Shown one piece after another: positions 7,352 to 14,696 of a stretch of 15,320 nucleotides of DNA. The stretch's first letter is position 1. Each line of letters begins with the position of its first letter. Under the pieces are notes generated by a model that ran no database searches, was not told the DNA's origin, and saw nothing but the letters and a program-made list of their open reading frames with translations. The DNA comes from Candidatus Eiseniibacteriota bacterium. GTDB taxonomy: Bacteria; Eisenbacteria; RBG-16-71-46. A program made the translations under genes and the position numbers. Where the stretch lies: positions 1 through 15,320 of the forward strand of contig JANLWX010000179.1 of the NCBI GenBank assembly GCA_031364845.1, in the 5' to 3' direction.

Positions 7352-7497
7352 GCGGCGGGAGTGAGCGGCAATCGCTCCGCGCCGCCCGCTGCGCGCGGCA
7401 TCCTGCCGCGCTCCGCTCCCCCGAGTCTGTCGGCAGCCATCCCTGGCTGCCTCTGTCGCGGGAGCGTCGCTGCGCGATCGCCACTCACTCCCGCCGC
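7352..7497 (-). repeat. Branched palindromic element (candidate structured RNA or REP/MITE-like repeat) with two GGA-loop hairpins
   Basis: Outer arms 7352-7375 and 7474-7497 pair at 22/24 positions, with both exceptions G.U on the minus strand. Hairpin 7393-7411 has an 8-bp stem. Stem 7414-7424/7456-7466 (10/11) encloses hairpin 7432-7451 (8-bp stem). Confidence 0.7.
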
Positions 7498-7599
7498 ACG
7501 CGAGATCACACTCCAAGGCCCGAAACCGTTGGCCTGCGAATTGTCCGCACGGGCAGGTCAGCGTGACCGGACTCGGGTCCGCAGGTTTGGGCCTCGAAC

Positions 7600-7769
7600 C
7601 GCGAGCGGGCAAGAACTTCGATCGGACGATGGTGAATGAACTGCTGCGACTGCGCGCCACCACCGATCCATTCGAGCTGTCGAAGACCATCGAGAAGAAA
7701 CTCGAGCCCATTGCGGCCCTGGCAAAGCGCCGGGACGACGCGACTCGGGTTACATCTCAAACGGTTTGA
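7600..7769 (+). pseudogene. Probable 3' remnant of a DDE integrase/transposase
   Basis: The translation ..VNELLRLRATTDPFELSKTIEKKLEPIAALAKRR..RVTSQTV resembles, from recall, the helical C-terminal tail of rve-type (ISNCY/IS481/IS1202-like) transposases. It ends inside an IS-end-like repeat. No catalytic domain and no good RBS. The left boundary is approximate. Confidence 0.55.
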
Positions 7770-7807
7770 CGATGAGAACTCGGTTTACATTCTCAAATGG
7801 CATGACA
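7743..7807 (+). mobile_element. Putative IS right end: two imperfect ~30-bp direct repeats ending in TGACA
   Basis: ACTCGGGTTACAT-CTCAAACGGTTTGACG (7743-7771) and ACTCGGTTTACATTCTCAAATGGCATGACA (7778-7807) match at 24/30 aligned positions. AT-richer than the flanks. The terminal TGACA is at 7803-7807. Confidence 0.6.
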
Positions 7808-7905
7808 TGGCGCCCACACGCCCTCCCGGTGCGCGGACCCTCCGGCAGGCGAGCCAGCCACGAAAGCCGCAGTGCAACCGCGGTCACGGGCGATGCGCCC
7901 GCGCG

Positions 7906-7933
7906 TAATCCACTGAGCTCGATTGCATTCGAA
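7906..7933 (+). promoter_or_regulatory. Possible ECF-sigma promoter (TAATCC-N18-CGAA) upstream of the redoxin
   Basis: Resembles ATCC..CGAA/CGTA promoters of SigK- and RpoE/ChrR-type ECF sigma factors. Lies ~10 nt before the GGGAGG RBS. The spacer is slightly longer than I recall for those consensus sequences. Confidence 0.3.
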
Positions 7934-7952
7934 GGAAAGAGTGGGAGGCACG

Positions 7953-8498
7953 GTGATCCGTTCATGTTTGCGTTTCATCCTGTTCGCCATGCTTTGCGCC
8001 GCGACGCTGATCGGTGAAGCGCGAGCCGCGGCAGCTCCGATCAAGCCGGGCGCGTGGCGCTCGGGCGTGGAGTGGCTGCAGCCGGCGGACTTCGGCCCCG
8101 CAACGCTCGACGGACGGGTCGTCGTGGTCGAGTTCTGGACCTTCGGGTGCATCAACTGCCGTCGTACCATTCCCGCGATGCGAGAGCTGCGGGCGCGCCT
8201 TGCCGCCGACGTGGCCGTGGTCGGCATCCACACGCCCGAACTCGACCACGAGCGCGACTCCGGTAACGTGCGCCGCGCGATTGCCCGGGAGAAGATCACC
8301 TTCCCGGTCGCACAAGACAACGCCTACACCGCGTGGCGCGAGTTCGACAATCACTACTGGCCCGCCCTCTACGTGCTCGATCGCGAGGGCCGCGTCCGCC
8401 ACACGCACGTCGGCGAGCTTCACGTGGGGACGCCGCGCTGGGACCAGCTCTGGAAAGTAATCGAAGCCTTGCGCGCCGAATCCCCGAAGCGCCGCTGA
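7953..8498 (+). CDS. Exported redoxin / thioredoxin-like protein (TlpA family, DipZ-like thioredoxin domain)
   Basis: Preferred start is the GTG at 7953 after GGGAGG (181 aa). Signal peptide ending EARA. GRVVVVEFWTFGCINC (CxxC), VVGIHTPE, FPVAQDN, W..F.N.YWPA.Y.LDREG. Confidence 0.88.
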   Translation: MIRSCLRFILFAMLCAATLIGEARAAAAPIKPGAWRSGVEWLQPADFGPATLDGRVVVVEFWTFGCINCRRTIPAMRELRARLAADVAVVGIHTPELDHERDSGNVRRAIAREKITFPVAQDNAYTAWREFDNHYWPALYVLDREGRVRHTHVGELHVGTPRWDQLWKVIEALRAESPKRR

Positions 8499-8596
8499 CG
8501 GCCGCCACGGGCAGCGCTTGCCTTCCCCGCGCGTCCGCCGTATTCCTTGCGAGCGGCCGACTCACGATATTTCACGCTAGATCTAAGGAGCACCCC

Positions 8597-8947
8597 ATGG
8601 CAGGACTCACTCAAGCGACGTGCGTGCCGTGCCGCGGCGGCATTCCTTCACTCGATCACGCAGGAATCGCTGCACTCAAGCCGCAGGTGGCCGACTGGGA
8701 CGTCGTCGATGTCGACGGCGTGCGCCGTCTGCGCCGCGAGTTCAAGTTCGCAGACTTCAAGAGCGCGATGGCGTTCGCGGTCGCCGTCGGCGAATTGGCC
8801 GAGCGCGAGCAGCACCATCCCGACCTCCACGTCGCCTGGGGCAAGGTCGTGGTCGAGGTGTGGACACACAAGATCGGCGGCCTGCACGAGAACGACTTTA
8901 TCCTCGCCGCCAAGACCGACGTCATCCACACGGCCCTCGGAGCGTGA
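8597..8947 (+). CDS. phhB: Pterin-4-alpha-carbinolamine dehydratase (4a-hydroxytetrahydrobiopterin dehydratase)
   Basis: Start is the ATG at 8597 after AAGGAG (116 aa). CVPC.GG, L.R.FKF.DF, AE..QHHPDL...WG.V, WTHKIGGLHENDFILAAK. Confidence 0.9.
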   Translation: MAGLTQATCVPCRGGIPSLDHAGIAALKPQVADWDVVDVDGVRRLRREFKFADFKSAMAFAVAVGELAEREQHHPDLHVAWGKVVVEVWTHKIGGLHENDFILAAKTDVIHTALGA

Positions 8948-9061
8948 TGCAGGCGTTCGCGCCCGAGCGCGATCCCGCCACGCGACCGTCCATCCGCTGC
9001 GATCGACCGTTCGTCGGAAGCCTCTCGATCCGATCACCCGGGGCGCGGTAATCCTTTCCCC

Positions 9062-9991
9062 ATGACGATCGTCCTCGAGCAACTTCGCAAGTCCTACGGC
9101 GAGACGCACGCCCTGCGGGGCATCGACCTCGTGATCCCGCAGGGCGGTGTGACCGGGCTGCTCGGTCCCAACGGTGCGGGCAAGACCACGCTGGTCGAGA
9201 TCCTCGAAGGCCTGCGTCAGCGTACGAGCGGGCGCGTGTCGGTGCTGGGACTCGATCCCGAGCAGAACGGCCGCGCGCTCAAGCAGCGCATCGGAGTTCA
9301 GCTCCAGTCCACGGCGATGCCGCTCGACTTGAGCGCGCGCGAACTGCTCGAGATGTACGCCGCGTTCTATCCGCGCGCGCTGCCGGTTGCCGATGTCCTT
9401 AAGAAGGTCGGGCTCGAAGCCAAGGCGAAAACGCTGACGCGCGCGCTGTCCGGCGGCCAGCAGCAGCGCCTGGCACTCGGCATCGCGCTGATTCACGATC
9501 CCGAACTCCTGATACTCGACGAGCCCACGGCCGGGCTCGATCCGGCGGCGCGCCGCGCGCTGCACGAAGTGATCCGCGAATTCCACCGCTCCGGACGCTC
9601 GGTGATCCTCACGACCCACTACATCGAGGAAGCCGAGGACCTGTGCGATCGCGTGATCGTGATCCGTTCGGGTGAGATCGTCGCCGACGGCACGCCGTTC
9701 GATCTCGTCGGGCGCTCCGAAGGAGCTTCGACGCTGTGGATCGCGGTGTCCGGGCCGTTCGATCCGCGCCCGCTCGAAGCGGCGGGGGCTTCGCATCACG
9801 GGCAGGAGGGAACCCACCATCGCTTCACGACGCGCGATCCGGCCGCGGTGATCGTGGCGCTCGGCGAGGTGCTCCGCAGCCAGCAGGTGACGCTCACCGA
9901 TTTGCGTATGAAGCGCCCGGCGCTCGAGGACGTCTACCTCGAACTGGTCGGTAGTACCGACGCGGCCTCGGTGCTGGAGTCCTCGACATGA
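9062..9991 (+). CDS. ABC-2 type exporter ATP-binding subunit
   Basis: 309 aa with Walker A GPNGAGKTT, signature LSGGQQQR, Walker B LLILDEPT, H-loop TTH and a C-terminal LEDVYLEL. Confidence 0.95.
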   Translation: MTIVLEQLRKSYGETHALRGIDLVIPQGGVTGLLGPNGAGKTTLVEILEGLRQRTSGRVSVLGLDPEQNGRALKQRIGVQLQSTAMPLDLSARELLEMYAAFYPRALPVADVLKKVGLEAKAKTLTRALSGGQQQRLALGIALIHDPELLILDEPTAGLDPAARRALHEVIREFHRSGRSVILTTHYIEEAEDLCDRVIVIRSGEIVADGTPFDLVGRSEGASTLWIAVSGPFDPRPLEAAGASHHGQEGTHHRFTTRDPAAVIVALGEVLRSQQVTLTDLRMKRPALEDVYLELVGSTDAASVLESST

Positions 9992-10845
9992 GCCAGCTGC
10001 GCGCCGCACTCGCGCTCTATCGCGGGCATCTGCTCACCTATCGCCGCAACCGCACGTCGATCTATTGGATCCTCGCGTTCCCGCTGTTCTTCCTGCTCAT
10101 GTTCGGCTACGTGTTTGGCCGTGGCGATCCCGAGGCAGCGCGCTTCGTCATGCCCGGGCTGTTCACGATCACGATCATCTCGGGCAGCGTGTTCGGCATC
10201 GCGATGCGCCTCGTCACCGAACGCGAGATCGGAATCCTGCGGCGGCACCGCGCGACACCGGTGAGCGCGGTCGCGATCGTGCTCGCGCATGGGGCCACCG
10301 CGCTCACGACGCTGGTCGTTTCGATGACGCTGCAACTGATCGTCGCGCGCATCCTGTTCAAGTTCCAGATCGCCGGTTCGCCGCTCGCCTTCGCACTGGT
10401 TCTGCTGCTCGGCGGGGCGGCGCTGATTCCGATCGGCCTCATCGTCGGCAGCATTGCGCGCGACACACGCACCGCGCCCGCGATCGCCAACTTCGTGTTC
10501 TTCCCGCTGATGTTCCTGTCGGGCTCGGCGATCCCGTTCATGATGCTGCCCGGGTGGATGCAGAACCTCGCCCGCCTGATTCCGACCACCTACATCAACG
10601 AGGCGCTGCAGGCCGTCGTGGTGCGCGGAATGGGTGTGGCGCAGGTGATGGGACCGCTGTCGGTGCTCGCGCTGACCTCGGTGGCCGGCGTGTCGTTGAA
10701 CGGCCTTCTGTTCCGATGGGAGAGCACCGAACCCGTGAACCCGAAGCGGCTGATGATCGCGCTCGGCGGGCTCGCGGCGCTGTATGCCGGCGTGTACTTC
10801 TTCGCACCGACGCTCGGGATGGCGACGTTCCGTCCACCCGACTGA
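9988..10845 (+). CDS. ABC-2 type exporter permease
   Basis: 285 aa with about 6-7 hydrophobic segments, ERE.G.L.R...TP and P.MFLSG...P...LP.W motifs. ATGA overlap with the ATPase stop. Confidence 0.92.
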   Translation: MSQLRAALALYRGHLLTYRRNRTSIYWILAFPLFFLLMFGYVFGRGDPEAARFVMPGLFTITIISGSVFGIAMRLVTEREIGILRRHRATPVSAVAIVLAHGATALTTLVVSMTLQLIVARILFKFQIAGSPLAFALVLLLGGAALIPIGLIVGSIARDTRTAPAIANFVFFPLMFLSGSAIPFMMLPGWMQNLARLIPTTYINEALQAVVVRGMGVAQVMGPLSVLALTSVAGVSLNGLLFRWESTEPVNPKRLMIALGGLAALYAGVYFFAPTLGMATFRPPD

Positions 10846-10848
10846 GTG

Positions 10849-10952
10849 GCCGGAACGGCGTGCCCGCCCGGTATGAGATTCCGAGCCCTCCGGACGGCAC
10901 GCGCGTTCTCCGGCAATCCTCGTTCCGCCCGCCCTCCGCAGGAGGCGCGGAA
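10849..10952. terminator. Two imperfect GC-rich hairpins between convergent genes (possible bidirectional terminator)
   Basis: GCCGGA-ACG-GCGTGCC (10849-10864) pairs with 10896-10914. TTCCGC..CCTCC-GCA-GGAGG..GCGGAA spans 10923-10952. No clear U-tract. Confidence 0.35.
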
Positions 10953-10973
10953 GACGGGCGTCGCAACCTCAGA

Positions 10974-13900
10974 TCACTTGACCATCACGACCTTGCGGCC
11001 GAGCACTTGGCCCGCCGCTTCGAGCCGGTAGAAGTACACGCCGCTCTGCGCGATCGATCCGCGGTCGGTGCGGCGGTCCCACACTTTCGTGTGTGATCCC
11101 GTGGCCGCCCAGCCGTCGTGCAGCGTGCGCACGCGGCGTCCGGCGAGGTCGAAGATCGCAAGCCGCGCGTGTCCCGGCTGGGGCATCGCGAAGCGGATCG
11201 CGTTGGTGGTGCGGAACGGGTTCGGCGTCCCGGCACTCAGTGAAAGGCGCGAGGTTTCGGCGTCGCCCACCGCCAGCGTCTGCGTCACGCACGACTCCTG
11301 GTCGATCGTAAACTCGGCGGTGTCCGGGTTCGTGAACGCCACGACCTTCCACATGTAGTTGCCGGGCGCGGGCGACATCACCACCAGATGCTCGGTGGGA
11401 TCGCTGCTCGCGGCGGATCCCACCACGTTCGAATCCGCATCGATCAGATAGAAGTCGAGGTCCACGACCGGGCCGCCGAACCACGTGAGCGTGCCTTCGA
11501 TCCGCTGCGTGCCCTGGGCGATGGTGAACGGTCGGTACTGGATGTCCTTCTCGCCGGGATCGGTTCCCGCTCCGACGACGCCCGAGTAATCGCTGGCGGT
11601 CGCGGTGCACGCCGACGGCGGCTCGGGATCGTAGCCCGGGTGCCGCACGCTCACGTACATCGCGGACGTGCTCGAGGCCCCGTTCGCGTCGGTCGCGGTG
11701 AACTCCATGCGGTGACGTCCCTGCTGATGGTCGTTCGGAATCCATTCGAACGTGCCCGCCGCGGGATTGAGCGAGGCACCCGCGAGCAGCGTGGACGACG
11801 AGAACGTGAGCGGCGAGCCTTCGGGATCGCGTCCGGTGATGCGGAAGCTGATCCGCTCGCCGACGAACGCGTCACGATCGTGCAGCGCGTCGAGCACCGG
11901 TGACGCGTTGTCGCCCGGATTGCGCTCGGTCACGGTGAACTCGACGACTTCCGTGTCGGATGCAGGCACCGGGAACGCCTGGTCGCTGACCGTGAAGGTC
12001 GCCGTGTACGAACCGGCCGACGAGTAGCCCGGCGTCCATGAGAACTGCCGCGTGCCGGCATCGAACGTCGCACCCGCGGGCAGACCCGAGGCGCTGTAGG
12101 CTAGCGTCTGGCCATCCGCGTCGATCGCCGACAGCGTGAACGTGCGGGTCAGGCCTTCGCCGATCGACTGCGGTCCGATCGGATCGAGCACCGGATTGTG
12201 ATTGGTCGACGTTCCCGGATCGAGCGGAACCCAGAACACGGTCTCCTGCTTCTCGATCGTCGTCGTCGCCGGATTCGGAGCCGAGTACGTGGTGTTTCCG
12301 GAGGGACCGAACACGGTGACCGAGAAGTCGTTCACGGTACCCTTGGTGTTGACGAAGCCGCCTTCCTTGACGCCGAGGTACCACGGATTCCCGGCACTCG
12401 GCGGAAGGTAGGAGGCCACGCCGTCCTCGGCCGTGAGGTCGATGTGGAAGTAGTGCTGGAGCGTGCCGGTGAATGCGACGCCGTTGCGCGTGATCACCGA
12501 ATCCGCTGCCGGCGCGCCGGGCGCCGCGCGGAACCACACCGGACGCGTGGTCGATGTGCCGGTGCCGAACTTCACCGCGAGGTCGCCGTCCGAATAGTTG
12601 TGCGTCCACGAGAACCGCACACGCGCGAGCACCGGGCTGTCCTGAATGCGCACCTTCAGCGCGGGCTCGCTGAACGTGCGGTTCTCGTCGTCCGTGAACC
12701 GCACGCGATACCAGTAGGTCGCTGTCGGATCGAGGGAGGCATCGGTATCGGTGAAGCTGTACGCATGACGGTTCGCGACCTCGTGGATCTCGGCCGCGGG
12801 GTTCGCGACCGGAACCGTGGTGACGGTGGTCCAGGCACCCGGCGCGCCCGACACGTCCGCGGCGCGGTCGACCGTGTAGCTTGTGAGACCGACTTCGCGC
12901 TGGCTCCACCAGTCGATCCGCACGGCGTCGGGTCCGCGCTGCGGCGTGACGGCGATGCGAACGACCTGGGTCGCGGCGGGATTCAGGGCTTCCTTCACCG
13001 CGGCGTAGCCGTCGACTTCACCCCAGCCCCACGACGGGTGGTAGTTGGGATCCACGTTGAATGGATCGGCGGCCGACGGCGGCTGCTTGCCCATGTCGGT
13101 GCGGTGATCGGACGTGTCCTCGAGGATCCGCCGCACCTGCTGCGGCGTGAGTTGCGGATGCGCCGACAGCACCAGCGCCGCGATGCCCGCGACGCACGGT
13201 GTTGCCATGCTGGTGCCGTTGATGTGGTGGTACTGATCGCCCGCGGTCGTCGGATCGCCGAGCACCGAGAGGATGCCGGTGCCGGGGCCCAGCACGCTCG
13301 GCTTCATCTCGTCGCGCACGTCGCCGTCGCCGTCGGAAAGGCGTGGACCTTCGTTGCTGTAGTCCGAGACGAAGTCGTCCGCGCGCGGGATCGTGTTGTT
13401 GTCCGTAAACGATCCGACCGTGATCGCGAGATCCGCGGCCGCGGGGGAGGCGATCCAGTTGGTGTTGCCGTCGTTGCCCGAGGCGACACACACGACGATG
13501 CCGGCGAGCGTGGCCGCGTTCACGGCCGCGCACGAGGCGTCGGTGCCGTCGGAGTTGTCGGTTCCGCCGATCGACATGTTCGCGACGTCGACGCCGCGAT
13601 AGATCGTGTCGGCGCCGGTGAGCCCCCACGTGTCGAAGCGGTGCGCGATCAGCCACTCGAGCGCATCAGCCGCGCCGAAACCGAGGCCGGCATCGGACAG
13701 CACCTTCAGGTCAATCAGCCGCGCGTCCGGCGCCATGCCCGCGTAGAAGCCGGGGGTACCGCCACCGAGCACGCCCTGCGGACCGCCCGATCCGATCGCG
13801 GAACCCGCGACGTGGGAGCCGTGATACGTGGCTTCGGGGTCGATCGTGTGCTTGGGATTCTCACTCGCGTCGATCGGCGTATTGAGGGCGGCTTGCCCGG

Positions 13901-14531
13901 AGAAGAAGTTCCCGCCGCCGAGAAATTTGCCACGCAGCGATTCGTGACCGGGATAGCCGGAAAGCGGATCGGCCTCGTCGTTGACGCCGGTGTCGAGGAT
14001 CGCGACCGAAACGCCGCGTCCGGTGACGCCGATGTGCTTCCACACCGACGGATGCAGCGCACCTTCGGAGTCGCGGGCGCGCAGGATGCGGCTCGCGATG
14101 TCGTTCACGGGATACAGAATCGGAATCGTCTCGATACGCCACACGCCCGGCAGTGCGGCGATCTGCAGCGCCTGGATGTAGCTGATCCGCGAACGAATAT
14201 AAGGGATCGAGCGGTAGCGGACCTCGACCGGAACTCCGATCGCCTGCAATGCGGCAGCGTCGGCATCGGTCGGCGCATGGCCGTAGCCGATGTACACGCC
14301 GTACTCGAACGGCGCCAGCGACGAGAACACCGCGAAGCGCAGTCGCCCGCTGAGCACGTTGCCGAGGTGCGCGGCGGTCAGTCCTTGCGACTCCACCTGT
14401 TCGATGCGGTCATCGATGCGATTCTGATTCTGGTCCCACATCCACGCGGCCGCGCGTGCTGTTCCCGGCAGCGCAAACCCCGCGATGAGTGCGAACACGC
14501 CGAGGGCTCGGATCAAGGCTGTACGCGACAT
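10974..14531 (-). CDS. Secreted modular S8 (subtilisin-family) serine protease with FN3-like, P-domain-like, two Ig/cadherin-like, PPC-like and C-terminal FlgD-Ig/T9SS-type domains
   Basis: 1185 aa, AAGGAG RBS, signal peptide ending TARA. Catalytic residues ILDTG (Asp), HGSHVAG (His), ASGNDG (oxyanion Asn) and GTSMATP (Ser). C-terminus PNPF..I.F......L.IFDLAGR.VRTL..WD..SGVYFYRL..KVVMVK. Confidence 0.93.
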   Translation of the reverse strand: MSRTALIRALGVFALIAGFALPGTARAAAWMWDQNQNRIDDRIEQVESQGLTAAHLGNVLSGRLRFAVFSSLAPFEYGVYIGYGHAPTDADAAALQAIGVPVEVRYRSIPYIRSRISYIQALQIAALPGVWRIETIPILYPVNDIASRILRARDSEGALHPSVWKHIGVTGRGVSVAILDTGVNDEADPLSGYPGHESLRGKFLGGGNFFSGQAALNTPIDASENPKHTIDPEATYHGSHVAGSAIGSGGPQGVLGGGTPGFYAGMAPDARLIDLKVLSDAGLGFGAADALEWLIAHRFDTWGLTGADTIYRGVDVANMSIGGTDNSDGTDASCAAVNAATLAGIVVCVASGNDGNTNWIASPAAADLAITVGSFTDNNTIPRADDFVSDYSNEGPRLSDGDGDVRDEMKPSVLGPGTGILSVLGDPTTAGDQYHHINGTSMATPCVAGIAALVLSAHPQLTPQQVRRILEDTSDHRTDMGKQPPSAADPFNVDPNYHPSWGWGEVDGYAAVKEALNPAATQVVRIAVTPQRGPDAVRIDWWSQREVGLTSYTVDRAADVSGAPGAWTTVTTVPVANPAAEIHEVANRHAYSFTDTDASLDPTATYWYRVRFTDDENRTFSEPALKVRIQDSPVLARVRFSWTHNYSDGDLAVKFGTGTSTTRPVWFRAAPGAPAADSVITRNGVAFTGTLQHYFHIDLTAEDGVASYLPPSAGNPWYLGVKEGGFVNTKGTVNDFSVTVFGPSGNTTYSAPNPATTTIEKQETVFWVPLDPGTSTNHNPVLDPIGPQSIGEGLTRTFTLSAIDADGQTLAYSASGLPAGATFDAGTRQFSWTPGYSSAGSYTATFTVSDQAFPVPASDTEVVEFTVTERNPGDNASPVLDALHDRDAFVGERISFRITGRDPEGSPLTFSSSTLLAGASLNPAAGTFEWIPNDHQQGRHRMEFTATDANGASSTSAMYVSVRHPGYDPEPPSACTATASDYSGVVGAGTDPGEKDIQYRPFTIAQGTQRIEGTLTWFGGPVVDLDFYLIDADSNVVGSAASSDPTEHLVVMSPAPGNYMWKVVAFTNPDTAEFTIDQESCVTQTLAVGDAETSRLSLSAGTPNPFRTTNAIRFAMPQPGHARLAIFDLAGRRVRTLHDGWAATGSHTKVWDRRTDRGSIAQSGVYFYRLEAAGQVLGRKVVMVK
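11644..12203 (-). repeat. Two tandem Ig/cadherin-like (He_PIG-type) protein repeats inside the S8 protease
   Basis: NHNPVLDPI..F.LSA.DADG..L.YS...LP.GA.FD....FSWTP versus NASPVLDAL..F.ITG.DPEG..L.FS...L.GA.LN....FEWIP. Confidence 0.8.
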
Positions 14532-14673
14532 CTCGATTCTCCTTCTGCCGTCTCAAGACGGCGCTGGTAGCGGCATCCCGGGAGCCTCGGGGCGCTTGAA
14601 CCAGCCCCGTCCGGCCTCCCTCGATCGGGTGGCAACGGCCACCGTTCGATCGCGAGGCGAGGATGGAGAAGGG

Positions 14674-14692
14674 GACTTGAGTAAGACTTGAG
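14674..14692. promoter_or_regulatory. Perfect 8-bp direct repeat with 11-bp period (GACTTGAG-taa-GACTTGAG), possible regulator site upstream of the S8 protease
   Basis: Copies at 14674-14681 and 14685-14692, one helical turn apart, ~145 nt upstream of the S8 start. Confidence 0.3.
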
Positions 14693-14696
14693 CGGA

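Noticed and set aside
7215..7484. 90-aa N-terminal extension of the catalytic M16 subunit in the ORF track (likewise the extensions from 5769, 3348 and 8333)
   Set aside because: The downstream ATGs have clear RBSs or stop/start coupling and, for the M16 genes, give proper signal peptides. The extensions overlap other genes or the palindromic element.
7743..7807. Repeat pair as a mini-CRISPR array or a dif/Xer site
   Set aside because: Only two imperfect copies, 6 nt apart, with no spacer-length gap and no cas genes. No convincing XerC/XerD arm symmetry.
534..8947. TGA stops as selenocysteine or read-through sites
   Set aside because: Each TGA falls at the natural C-terminus of its protein family, often coupled to the next start. 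None aligns with a catalytic Cys position.
9040..9064. Leaderless promoter for the ABC ATPase (GGTAATCCT just before an ATG lacking a Shine-Dalgarno sequence)
   Set aside because: The hexamer does not fit TAnnnT cleanly and no -35 element is evident. Too weak to call.
8648..10009. 453-aa minus-strand ORF
   Set aside because: Antisense shadow of the ABC ATPase and dehydratase genes.
12198..14570. 790-aa plus-strand ORF
   Set aside because: Antisense shadow of the S8 protease with no recognisable domain.
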